In this document: positions 14,281 to 26,676 of the stretch, in pieces
Layout: each line of letters starts with the position of its first letter
Position numbering within the stretch: the first letter of the stretch is position 1
NCBI RefSeq assembly: GCF_009914755.1
Contig: NC_060925.1
Source of the DNA: the human T2T-CHM13v2.0 reference genome, Homo sapiens
Reading direction: 5' to 3' (one strand)
DNA: 64,000 nucleotides
Translations under genes and position numbers: made by a program
The notes under the pieces: model-generated
What the model was told of the DNA's origin: nothing
What the model saw: the letters and a program-made list of their open reading frames with translations, nothing else
Databases searched by the model: none

Positions 14281-14386
14281 CATTGGTATTATTTATTTCT
14301 TTAATATTTAGGAATATTTTTCATCTGCAGTTTAATCTGTGGATTCAACCTGTAGGTGGAACCTGTAGATATGGAAGGTTGAGTGT
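14281..14386 (+). mobile_element. MER2 right part
   Basis: gaatatttttcatctgcagttt...ggaacctgtagatatggaaggttgagtg matches the MER2 3' terminus. Confidence 0.75.
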
Positions 14387-16107
14387 ATTAACACAGTATA
14401 ATTTTAAAGTCTCCAAATACTTTTTCCTTGCTAAGGTATTTGGCATTTGAGTAAAATTTTTTGAACCCTCCATATAAGCCCAGCCATAAGGTGAAAATAA
14501 TAAATGACTTTAGTAAGTCAATGGCATGTTGAGTAGAAAAATTGCCCAACCAATTTCTGACTCATAAAATAATGAAACATAATAAAATCAGTGTTTTAAG
14601 CCATTCAGACAATCTCCTGTGTTTGCTGAAGCTGCTAGAACTGTCATCCGGAAAATACAATTGTATTCTTAGACTAAATCCCAAGTTCAACCATGATTTT
14701 CAAGGTGTTTCAGCACAGGAGAAATTTTAGAACTCATCCACTCCAGCTCCTGCTCATGCCAAGGGATTTTTATGGGAATTTTGAAAATAAGATACTGGAA
14801 GGTCAAAGTATACAGGCAGTTTCAGAAGTCTGGGGATGAGAGAATAAAGACAGAGACAAGAACAGTATATAATCTTGGGCTAATGATCAATTAGGCCTGA
14901 GTCTTAGTAAGTAGAAAGTCACTGGGATTGAGAAATTTTCCAGGAGCCTCGACATTTCCACTGGACACCTGAAAAACTCCTACTCATGTTTCACTTGCTG
15001 AGTGTACATGCTCTGGAAAGGAGGGGAAAAGTACGTGAATTTCAGCAGAGGCTTAGATGCAGAGGAAAACTGGTCTATCTGAAGAGTCTCAGTGAGAAAG
15101 TCACACATGTGAAGACTTCACCAACAAAGAAAGATACTAGATGTGGGTGTCTCAGCGGACTCTAAAGAGTTAGATGCTGACACTTTGAAAGCAGTAAAAA
15201 TGGTATTTATTTAAAAGATAATTATGGTGATGATTAAGGACTATAAGCCCCATTATCACTACTACCATCACTACCATAGCTCCATGGAGGTTTTTTAACC
15301 CTTCAGATCTTAAATAAAACACCAAAACTCAATGAAGAAAACAAAAACTCTGACTACAACTGAAAAAAAATTAGATTGGTTGACTTTCCCCTAACATGAA
15401 TTATGTTACATTTCAACCTCCAGTTTAAATAAGGACTATAGATAGAATTTATTTTTAAAAAATGAAGTACATAAATTTTTAGAGGTTTCCTTTATTGTTG
15501 GAATTTTAGTAAGTGTATCACTATTAGTAGGTTTTAACACAAGATTTAATAAACATGTTCCTTTTAAAGCCTTATTTGACCACAGTTCACATGTTAACTA
15601 TTTCAGAGTCAAATATAAAAGGCCTATTTTAGAATTAGCCAGCTCTCTAAGGATGTGGTTGATTTTCATAATTTTAAATGTTATAATAAAACATATTTGT
15701 CATCTGTTTCTTGAGATATGAATATAAACTATTCTTTTACATTCGCTTATCTTCATGCATAAAGGCTCTTCTTAATCATCTTTCCCCAAGTCCTGCTGTC
15801 ACAGACATGGAAAATGACATAAAACATTTTTAGTCTCCACAGGTCACTTAAAATTATCAGATGACCTAGAGGTAAATCAGTGTTGTATCACTAAACCCAA
15901 GGAGTCACTAATTTTTGTTTTAGCATAATGAAATAATATAATGTACTTTCCTTGCTTAGAGTACAATAAAATTCACTTATCTGACATATTGGGAAATGTC
16001 TCATTTATATTTTTACTTTCTTTGTTTTATGAGTACACAATTGAGTTCCAGAAGACAATAAATGACCGAAAATAATTGTTTTCAAACTATTCATAATGAT
16101 CCTTTAA

Positions 16108-16570
<463 letters not shown>

Positions 16571-17399
16571 TAAAAGAACTTCCAGACTTTCCACTATAGC
16601 AGATCCTGAGGAATATGCCAAGGTTTTGATCTTCCCCTTTCTCGATTTATATAACTTAGTATGTCTTCAGGATCTGCTCGGAAACAGATCGCTTTTCCTA
16701 AGATCCCAATGGGTAAGAAAATGCTGCCTTTCTTTGCTGAGATAATGTTTGCAATTCAAGTGTTACCTTAAAGGAATGAATTTTACAGGGACCTGTGGCA
16801 AAATACTGCAGGACAAACTTTGTAAATACAGACCTGCTTTTTCATTTTGTTTCCATTTTCAATTAAAGGATCAAAAAGTAGTATGTGGAATACTAGCAAA
16901 TAATAGTAAAAGAATATATAGCTTGTACTTTTACCATGACATTATTTATTACAGACTTTTTCTTTCCCAGTGAATTTATGTACCAAATATCCTCAAACCT
17001 AGATTTATTGCTTCTTTAAACATTTAGAGAACAACTTTGAATCCTTATGTCAAACTATATACTTTTACAAAACGATCCCACAAGTTGTACATATATTATG
17101 AATTAGACTAAGTAAAATGTCACAAGATTGAAAAGTTCTATTTTAAATATAAGTGTTAGTGTCTTAAAATAGTATTTGTTAGTATTTACTAGTTGTTTGA
17201 GAAAGGCAGGCCTCCATAAATTAATTTACTCATGTCTTACTTTTTTTACAGGCTTTATTTTTTAGCTACCTAGCCTTAGAAAGATAATGCTGTATTTAAA
17301 GAAAAAAAAAACACTATCTGTGATAAACCTATATATTTATATCAAAAAACTATTTTCTGTGGCTTAGAAGATAACAAAATAAATACATCCGGCCCCGCT

Positions 17400-17410
17400 G
17401 CCGCCATCTT
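17400..17410 (+). promoter_or_regulatory. YY1 consensus motif in the retrocopy 5'UTR
   Basis: GCCGCCATCTT matches the YY1 consensus CCGCCATNTT; function not shown. Confidence 0.55.
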
Positions 17411-18423
17411 TGTTACGGGCAGCCAGGCCTGGCCGGAGATGCCGAAGTCGTGCGCGGCCTGGCAGTGCTGCAACCGCTACAGCAGCCGCAGGAAGCAGCT
17501 CACCTTCCACCGCAGGTGAGGGAGAACACACACACTGCCAGTGAGAGAGGAAATGCCAGCTCTTCTCAGAAAGAAAAGGTCCTCCCTGAGGCGGGGGCCG
17601 GAGAGGACAGCCCTGGGAGAAACATGGACACTGCGCTTGAAGAGCTTCAGTTGCCCCCAAATGCCAAAGGCCCCGTAAAACAGATCTCGCCACGGAGTCC
17701 GCAAGCAGCAGAGACTGTTGGCCGGCCGGCCGGCCCTGCAGGCTTGAGAAGGCCCCCCGACAAGCAGCCATCTGATCACAGCTATGCCCTTTTGGACTTA
17801 GATTCCCTGAAGAAAAAAACTCTTCCTCACTCTGAAGGAAAATGAAACGCTCCAGAAGCGCTTGCAGGCCCAGAGGCTGGTGAAGCGAAGGATGTCCAGC
17901 TGCCTCCGTGCCTGCAAAGGGCACCGGGGACTCCAGGCCAGACTTGGGCCAGAGCAGCAGAGCTGAGCCCCACAGGCTCCGGACGCAGAGGCGGCAGTGG
18001 CACCAGGGCCGGCAGGGCTTTGGAGCTCTGGCTGTGGACATTTTTGTCTGCTGTGGACATTGAGAAAGTTGGCCGTGAGGCCTGCCGGGCGGGGGATTGA
18101 AACAGTAACCAAGCTCCCTGGCGAGAGCCCCGACGCCGTCTGAAGGACGTTTAGAGGCATGGTACTAGGACTGAGCATGACAAGCTTATCCTCCCATAGT
18201 AACAGAAGTCCAGGCTGAGGCTGATTCTGAACTCTGTCCTTTCAGCACGCGCAGAGCGAAGGTCGTTGGAAGCCCCAGTATGGGAGATGCTCCTCAGGGA
18301 GGAAGCCATGTGAGGGGGCCGGCTCTGTGGCAGGTGAGTGGGTCCCCTCCTCCATCAGCCTGGACGGCCCCTCAGAGTTCTAAAGAGTGACTCCTGTCCT
18401 GGCCTGGTGTGAGTGGGCAGTGT

Positions 18424-18429
18424 AATAAA
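18424..18429 (+). terminator. Polyadenylation signal of the THAP3 retrocopy
   Basis: AATAAA ends 14 nt before the genomic A-tract. Confidence 0.85.
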
Positions 18430-18629
18430 GTGCCTTTCTATTTAAAAAAAAAATACATTGGGGATATATAGAAATGCGGATACAACACCCTCCTATCAAA
18501 AGTGAAACACAAATTTTAAAAACCCACAAAAATCTACATTAAGCTCAGTAACTAAAGGTTACCAGAAAAACAGAAAAAAAATTAACTCTTTAGATAAAAT
18601 GTTACTAGTTTTAACATTTAAACTTTATT

Positions 18630-19530
18630 TCAAACTTAACATGTCTAAAAAGAAATTTTATTTACCTCTTGCACACCCACCCACATCTGTTCCTTCTTGC
18701 CTTGCCCATCTTGGAAAATGACATTAGGTTTTCCATTGTTATTTAAACTTAAATCCTATAAACCATTTTTGAAAATGTTCAGTTATACTGTATATTCAAT
18801 TTCTCAGCAAGTCGTTTGTTTCATCTTCAAAATATTTCCCGAAACTGTGTTTTCTCATTACCATGATTGATTCTGCCCTTTTCCAAATGACCGTCATCTT
18901 TCCTAAACCAGGTAATGTCTTCTTAATGACACAGTTTCAACTCCTTTCCACCTACTGACACTTTTCCACTCAGCAGCCAGACTGATCATTCATAATTGTA
19001 CATCAGATTACACCACTCCTCCACTCAGATCTCCTGAGCCTTCTTATCTACTCACAGCAAAAGGCAAATTTTTCCACACCAAGGAAGCTCTGCATGACCC
19101 AACACATGCCTGCCCTTCCAACCTTGTCTCTCATATGGTTCTAGGTTATTCACTTCATTTGCCACACCTATTTCTGACTTAACTTTTGATAAGCTAAGAT
19201 TGTTCTGATTTCAGATTTTGCACTTTATTTCTTCTTTGCCAGGAATGTTCATTCCCCATAAAGCTCATTTTCTTACTGTATTCAGAGTTCTATTCAACTG
19301 TCCTCTGTGGATCATCCCATGAAAAATTCTCTAGCCTTTGCTCTGCTTTGTTTTCTATAAACAATTTATTGTCCTATTATCATATTTTTCTATATTTGTT
19401 TAGTTGCTTATTATTTGCTCCCTTGGCAAGGACATAAACTGAGAGATTTGGCTAGTGGGTCCTTCTTTGTTTCCTCAGAAACAAGGAATTACACATAGTA
19501 GGTGCTCATTAAACATTTGTTAAATAAGTA
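18630..19530 (+). mobile_element. L2a 3' region
   Basis: Ends cacatagtaggtgctcattaaacatttgttaaat (L2 3' terminus), with L2-like pyrimidine-rich sequence upstream. Confidence 0.75.
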
Positions 19531-20052
19531 CACTAACAAACAATTGCAGTAAACATTCCCACTCTAACGCAACAGAAAGTTTCCAGGCCTACAGACTTTA
19601 ATTTCAGTACTTCATAGAAAAGTTAATTTGGATGAGAGTAAATATTTTATTATATTTTAATCTGCATGTTTTATCTTTAATTTCAGGTGTAGAGAAAACA
19701 TACTAGTATTTATTTCAAAAAATGTATTTTGTATCATCACTTCAATACAAATAATGGTCAGTAAGAGTGATTCATTTTGTTAGGGGAGAGGATAGATAAC
19801 ATGACTCTAGAGATGACAATGCTGGGTATAATATTTATAAATTAGGTTCATTATCTGATAAATATAAAATCTTAGGATATAAATTTGAAAAATTCTGCAG
19901 TATATGGAGGAACTTTAATATCAGCAGGCAAAGAAAAGTCAACTTCTTGTTAGTATTTGGGGGAGATACATGTCAGTGTTCCTTAATAACCAAAGTATGA
20001 AATTTAACTCCAAATGATGTAAAGTTTAAAAACACAACCAACACCACAGATC

Positions 20053-20172
20053 GATTTTCTCAGTAGGGGATCATTTTGTCCACCAGGGAATCTTCAACAG
20101 TGTCTGGAGACATTTTAGGTTGTTGCAACTTGGAGAAGCGTGCCACTTGGCATTTAAAGGGGAGAGGCCAGG
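20053..20172 (+). mobile_element. MER20 5' half (interrupted)
   Basis: ttctcagtaggggatcattttgtccaccagggaa...tgtctggagacattttaggttgttgcaact...ggcatttaaaggggagaggccaggg. Confidence 0.75.
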
Positions 20173-20809
20173 GGTATTAGTCCATTTTCACACTCCCATA
20201 AAGAAATACCCAACACTGGGTAATTTATAAAGGAAAGAGGTTTAATTGACTCACAGTTTTGCATGGATAGGGAGGCCTCAAGAAACTTACAATCACGATG
20301 GAAGGCGAAGGAGAAGCAAATGCATCCTTCTTCATAAAGCACCAGGAAAGACTGGAGAGCAGGGAAAACCACAACTTATAAAATCATCAGATCTTGTGAG
20401 AACTTCCTCAGGATCACAAGAACAGGATGGAGGAAACCATCCCCATGATCCAAACACTTTCCACCAGGTCCCTCCGTCAATATGTGGGAATTACAGTTCA
20501 AGATGAGATTTGGGTGGGGATGCAGAGCCAAACCATATCATTCTACCTCTGGCCTCTCCCAAAGTTCATGCCATTTTCACATTTCAAAACCAAGCATGCC
20601 TTCCCAACAGTCCACCAAAGTCTTAACTCATTCCAGCCTTAACCCAAAAGTCCAAGTCCAAAGTCTCATCTGAGACAAGGCAGGTCCCTTACGCCTATGG
20701 GCCTGTAAAATCAAAAACAAGTTATTTACTTCCAAGAATCAATGGGGGTACAGGCATTGAGTAAATATTCTCATTCCAAATGGGGTAAATTGGCCAAAAC
20801 AAAGGGGCT
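20173..20809 (-). mobile_element. MSTA-like MaLR LTR (20173-20540) plus adjacent internal sequence (20541-20809)
   Basis: gtattagtccattttcacact...ccaaaccatatca is a reverse-strand MST/THE1 LTR, followed by MaLR-int ccaaagtcttaactcattccagc...aaattggccaaaacaaaggggct. Confidence 0.88.
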
Positions 20810-21102
20810 TTGCTCAGGGATAAGTTATAGTACTCTTGGCCATGAGTTCAATGTTAATGAATCAACAATATATATTAAATAATGTTTCATTAAACAGAAA
20901 TACACATAAAATCAAGTTTATTGATCATTTGATGAAAATTTTACAAACAAGGCTTGAAGAAACCTAACCATGTATTTTCCCTAAGGCTAATGATTCAGCA
21001 TTTTCTACTTCAGTGCTCATGGGGACATTATAGTAGACCATAACTTGACTAACGTAGTGACTTGTTAGACCATAATTACCAAGCATAACAAGAATCAACT
21101 GT
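20810..21102 (-). mobile_element. MER82-like Tigger DNA transposon, partial
   Basis: ttggccatgagttcaatgttaatgaatcaacaatatatattaaataa...aataacaagaatcaactg is the reverse complement of a MER82-type terminus. Confidence 0.7.
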
Positions 21103-21205
21103 ATATGCTTTATTTGTATTATTTTCCACGTAATACACTTTTAAATATTATTTTGTCTTGCTTTAATGTTCAGATTGTAATAGCATAAAATATGTAATAA
21201 CAATA

Positions 21206-21502
21206 GGCTGGGCACGTTGGCTCAGGCCTGTGATCCCAGCACTTTGGGAGGCCGAGGAGGGCAGATCACAAGGTCAAGAGATCAAGACCATCCTGGCCAA
21301 CATGGTGAAACTCCATCTCTACTAAAAGTACAAAAATTAGCTGGGCGTGGTGGCATGTGCCTAGTCCCAGGTACTCAGGATGCTGAGGCAGGAGAGGATC
21401 ACTTGAGACCAGTGGGCGGAGGTTACAGTGAGTCAAGATTGCATCACTTCAGCCTGGCAACAGAGCAAGACTGTGTCTCAAAAACAAAGAACCAAAGGAA
21501 AA

Positions 21503-21567
<65 letters not shown>

Positions 21568-21580
21568 ACACACACACACA
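21206..21580 (+). mobile_element. AluSc-like with poly(A) tail followed by (TA)n(CA)n
   Basis: gatcacaaggtcaagagatcaagacc (AluSc-type); A-tract to 21520, then TA and CA repeats. Confidence 0.95.
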
Positions 21581-21648
21581 CGGCCATTTGTTTTCTTTAC
21601 TCAGTCTTTTATAAAAACTATGATAAGTAGGATTAACCATATGTATTA

Positions 21649-21858
<210 letters not shown>

Positions 21859-22165
21859 TCAATTATATATATACATATATCTATATAAAGAGTTCCATTG
21901 ACCAAGGGCTGGAGAAGATGGATGTCTTAGCACAAGAAAGAAGATAAAACTCATGCTTTCTCTTCTTTGTTCTTCTGTCAAGGCCCCCAGTGGGCTGGAT
22001 GATGCTTGCTCATATTTGTAAGTGTGAATCTTCTTTACTCAGTCTATGATTTAAAAGATCATCTCTTCCGGAAACACTCTCCTAGAAACACCCAGAAATA
22101 ACATGTTACAAGGTATCTGAGTGTCCCTTAACCTAGTCAAGTTGACACATAAAATTAACTATTAT

Positions 22166-22461
22166 GGCCAGGCGTGATGGCTCACGCCTGTAATCCCAGC
22201 ACTTTTCGAGGCCAAGGCAGGGGGATCACGAGGTCAGCAGATGGAGACCATCCTGGCCAACACTGTGAAATCTCGTCTCTACTAAAAATACAAAAATTAG
22301 CTGGACGTGGTGGCACGTGCCTGTAATCCCAGCTACTCAGGAGGCTGAGGCAGGAGAACCAGCTTGAACCACTGAGTCGGAGGTTGTAGTGAGCCGAGAT
22401 CACACCACTGCACTCCAGCCTGGTGACACAGTGAGACTCTGTCTCAAAAAAAAAGAAAAAA
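22166..22461 (+). mobile_element. AluS with 14-bp TSD
   Basis: Full Alu; TSD aaaattaactatta at 22151-22164 and 22462-22475. Confidence 0.97.
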
Positions 22462-24829
22462 AAAATTAACTATTACACCATATATAATATTACTTACAGG
22501 CAGTCATCTAGAAGACGTAAAATGGAGAATGCTTAAATTATATTGTCTTAAATTACTTGATTAAAGGAACATTTCCCCCCATAAATGGTATTTATATCAT
22601 CATGTGATATTTTGTAATCATTTTAAGTAATGTACAATTCATAGACTATCAAAATGGAACATATCTGTTATAGAATTTTAAAAGAATTTTCTAAAAGTTC
22701 TAGTCTAATTTTGACTTTGACAACAAATAACAAGTTCTAAACTAATTTCCATTTTTACTTGTTAAATGTGCTTTTAGCTTCTGAGCTGTCATTAATAAAA
22801 TAGAAAACATAAATATGTATATAATGTAAAATTTATATGTAAATAAGTACATGTATAAATTAAAGATTCAAGAGAGAGGTTTAAAAACATAAAAAATAAA
22901 ATTTGAAATATGTTTCATTTGCCATATGGGTCACTCCATTTTATTTAGGCTTAAATAACCTGAGTTCTAAACTAGCAAAATGGTTGATATTATTTTGATA
23001 ACTGAGTATATTACTGAAATTTCTAAATAAATGAAAATGTTCAGGACTTTTTTTGATAAACAAATTTCAAACAAAATTGATTTCTGAATTAATATTAAGC
23101 AAATAAGGCTGATTGATGATACTTGATAAATACAGTGTTTTACTTGTTCCTATTTGTCATGAGCCATATGTTGCCATCAGGTAAAAATGCAAAAAATAAA
23201 AATAGTAATAAAAGGTAGGCTTTTTATCACGGAGAAAAGAGATTCTAGAATATTAGCTCCCTATCACAGTGAGATGCACAAAATAGGCACTCAATAAATA
23301 TATGCTGGATGAATTGATGCATGCATGAATAAATGAATTTTCTTGAAATATAAATTATTTTGACCATAATTTACACCACTTTGATATAATGATAAAGGAT
23401 GAGCATCTTAAGATAATCTGGCAATTTTAAGAAATTTCAAATTTGTAAATGTGGTATGGATATCTACTATTTGTATGTTTATCTGTTTTCTTACAGGTGT
23501 GTCAATAAATGTATATTCCAACTCTTCTATTTCTAAAATTTCTTTCCATGTCTTTTAAGGAACCCTACCAAAAAGAACAAATGAAATCTATACAATTCTT
23601 TCTCATATTGACTTGTTTCCCAGCTCACACTTTTTCACCTGTTTCACACATAAAAGCAATATTTGCCTATGAATCTTTGGATGGTTTGGTTATTTCTAAG
23701 CCAGTTAAGTTCTCACAGTTAAAAAAATTGTATAATATATTTCTCTTTCTGAAATTTGGATTGGATCCAGCTCAGACCTTGGAATATGGAATTACAACAA
23801 AACAAATCTCACCATCTGGAGGTTTTCTAGTCATAATTTCTTTACCTTTATTGTCACTGCTGTCTTTACAAATTCATAAGTACATGAGGATAAACAAACA
23901 CTATTCTCAGATGAATTAGTCTGTATAATAGACATTTATGGGAAGTAAATTGCCAAGAAAACATTTACAGTGAACATGAGTTTGATGATAAGTTGTACCT
24001 TTAAAATAGAAATCAAAAATGGCAGGGCATCTAATTTTTATATTACAGACTTGGGAAGAGACATTTCTCATTTGAATAATTAAGTGTGTTGTCAATTGCA
24101 GAGCAACTAAAAACTTACCAGTTACAATTGACAACACTGTTGGAAAGATCAACCCTAGAGAAAGTCTTGCTTTTTTTCCTTAGTTGCTAAAAAGCTTCTC
24201 TAGTAGCTAAAAACTGACTTACTCTACCAATAATACCTCATAAAGACAAATCTGTACAAAAGCTTTGTATGATCATGTTCAGATACTGCAAACTTTCAGG
24301 CTAATGAAAAAGTCAAATGTAAGCTCTGTGAAGCTCAAAATCAGTGACATTTTGAAACACAAATGTTGACAATTATTCAAGGATTTGTAAATATGAGACA
24401 AAAGTTTACATTTGGAATTTTCTAATTGACTCAACATTATTTTCCTGATAATTGTTTTGGTTAAAAACTGAGGAAGGATAGAGTTGACAGGCAAATCTAC
24501 TTCAAGAAGAAGAATCATTCTGAGGTTTAACTAGGGGCTTACTGAAACTGTTTAAATTATATAGAAGACAATATATTTCTCATTCCCTCTATTTCTCTCA
24601 GTATTAATCAGGAGTCATGGTGATTTTTCAGTTGTTCTGTACTTGTATTTTGTTAAAACAAGCAATCTGCGAAGATGCTAAAGGAAATTTAGGACTTTTC
24701 AAACTGAGATAGCAAAAAAAGAAGGCATAATATGGCACTAATGTACTCCCATAGGATTGATACTTTGCCTTTTAAGCAGTAAGAAACATGTTAGATTCTC
24801 CTCTGTCAATTTCTGACAAAGCCTAATTG

Positions 24830-25200
24830 TACATTCACCATTTAAAAATAATTGTGGATCACTAATAAGTTCTTGACACTGTGCAAGATGCTGATAAAAC
24901 AGAAAAGAATAAGAAAGGATCCACATTTTCATAGGGATCATAATCTCATATAGATTCCAAGTTAGTAAATCATATTTGCATGATGATGTGATAGATACAG
25001 TAGTAAATATAATGCAAGTAGAATCAACACAATGAAGAAAATCTGATCAATCCCACTTGAGAATGAGTTGTTAGGAACACAGAAAGTTTCACAAAAAAAA
25101 GGTGACATTTGAGCTGAATTTTGAAGAACCAAAAAGATTTTGCAAGATGTAATAGAAAGAGACAGGAATTTTAGAATGAAGAAATGCAAGCAGTACCTAT
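24830..25200 (-). mobile_element. L2 fragment
   Basis: ggtgacatttgagctgaattttgaaga and nearby sequence are typical antisense L2. Confidence 0.55.
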
Positions 25201-26676
25201 TATACTACAGGGGCTTATAATTGAATTGAATATATTGAGGACACAGAGTAAAATACAGTAAAAGCTTATTGGTGGTAGGGGAAGGAAATGACTGATAAGT
25301 GGAACCCACAATAATAAAAATGTAAGTTAAAAAAAGCTAAGGTTTCCTTTGAATGTAATGTTTCTATAGGGGTCAATAATATGAAGCCTAATTTGAAATA
25401 CATTATCCCCTAATTTTAAGTGTGAAGACTGTAGAAGCATTTTCACCACCTTTACCAGGAGCCTATTAAATATTAAACAAACAAAAATATAATCACATAA
25501 CGTACAACACTTTACTGCTGATTTCTGTGTGACTTCTTAGTAAAGAATTTTCTTTATGCACTGGTGTTAATAGTCTGATCACGTATTTTAAGAACAGAGA
25601 ATTGCATTTCTAATATGTCATTGAAAGCAATTGTGAGGTAGTTTCAGACTGTTATCTTCTGAAATATTATAGGATTTCTTTGCATTAACCTGTGCACAAT
25701 TGAGCTAATACATTTTGTTACCTAGAATTTCACAGATCAAATGCACACGGTATTTTATATTATCTCTCAGATTTACTAACATAATAAATGGCTAGTTTGT
25801 CTTCAATCATAGCACATATATATAACAAATTTTGCGGGTACACAATGTACTGTCTCCAAGTATAATACTGAGGTCAACTTCCAGGTTTAACAAGTTAGTT
25901 TATGCTCTTTCTCCAACCTCTAAACTCTTCTCTGTATGTCCAGTTTTGGGTTTGTGGGGATGGGTGCCAGTCTTAAAGGTACGATGATGATGGTAAACTA
26001 AAAAAGCAGGTGTTTTAACCCTCATAGCAGGTTGTTTGTTGCTATTGCATGCTCAAAAGATGGAGATCTAAGATCACTATTGAAATATAATTGTCTAAAG
26101 AGCGCCTCCATTTTGTTGTTTACCTTAAACTATGAATGTCCTGCTCTTGTTTTTCTAAAAATATGAATGGAAATTTGCATTTATGAATGAAGGATTGTTA
26201 ATGCTGATAATCTAGCAGATGATCCTTTGCTACTTTGTTGTTTTATTATTTCTTCGGAAGGCCTACTCACATATAAAAGAATGACTGAGAACTCTTCACA
26301 TGTCTGCAGAGCACAACACAGGGAGGGTTTCATCTTAGGCTGAGAGCAGAACTGCTGACCTTAGCCATGACTCAGACAGACCAATAAGGAAAGTTTTGAG
26401 GGTTGTCAACATTCATACTTGAAGCAGCAGATTTTTCCCAGGAAGATATTTTAATTTGTTAAATGTATCTGATATAAGATAATCCATTGCACTATAGGAG
26501 CTTATCATTGAGTTGAAAGCATTGAAGGACACAGTGAAATGTAGTGAAAACATATCATGGGAGGGGAAAGGAATAGCTGGCAAGTGAAACACAGTAAGTA
26601 GCAAGTAGGCAAGATAATCTGTACATGGACTTTATGTTTTTGAAGCACTGCTTTAAATGCTGTCTCAGAAATACGG

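Larger units (their letters stand above)
17389..18450 (+). pseudogene. THAP3P1: THAP3 processed pseudogene (retrocopy of an exon-skipped isoform)
   Basis: ATG at 17439 gives MPKSCAAWQCCNRYSSRRKQLTFHR. From 17513, in another frame, QVRENTHTASERGNASSSQKEKVLPEAGAGEDSPGRNMDTALEELQLPP...SDHSYALLDLDSLKKK, then after a +1 A slip LFLTLKENETLQKRLQAQRL...RLGPEQQS* (stop 17964-17966). These match the THAP3 protein as I recall it. No introns; AATAAA at 18424-18429, poly(A) from 18444, TSD aaatacat at 17381-17388 and 18451-18458. The P1 symbol is recalled, not verified. Confidence 0.95.

Noticed and set aside
14620-15450. Possible ancient Gypsy-like LTR or exon
   Set aside because: Resemblance is too weak to call by eye; it needs a Dfam HMM search.
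17450-17845. 131-aa ORF as an intact THAP3-like gene
   Set aside because: It starts at GTG, its N-terminus is off-frame THAP3 sequence, and it lacks the THAP domain and coiled coil; treated as a pseudogene.
17364-18041. 225-aa minus-strand ORF, the longest in the window
   Set aside because: It is the antisense shadow of GC-rich THAP3-derived sequence, with no recognisable domain.
21217-21630. Alu-derived ORFs (also 6010-6369, 16120-16494, 51340-51645)
   Set aside because: Translations of Alu and simple-repeat sequence.
23509-23919. 136-aa ORF in unique AT-rich DNA, just after an acceptor-like AG at 23495-23496
   Set aside because: No recognisable homology, composition typical of random AT-rich ORFs, and no matching exon chain.
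26340-26390. TGCTGAC, AP-1 (TGACTCA at 26368-26374) and CCAAT motif cluster
   Set aside because: Short motifs expected by chance in 64 kb, with no independent support.
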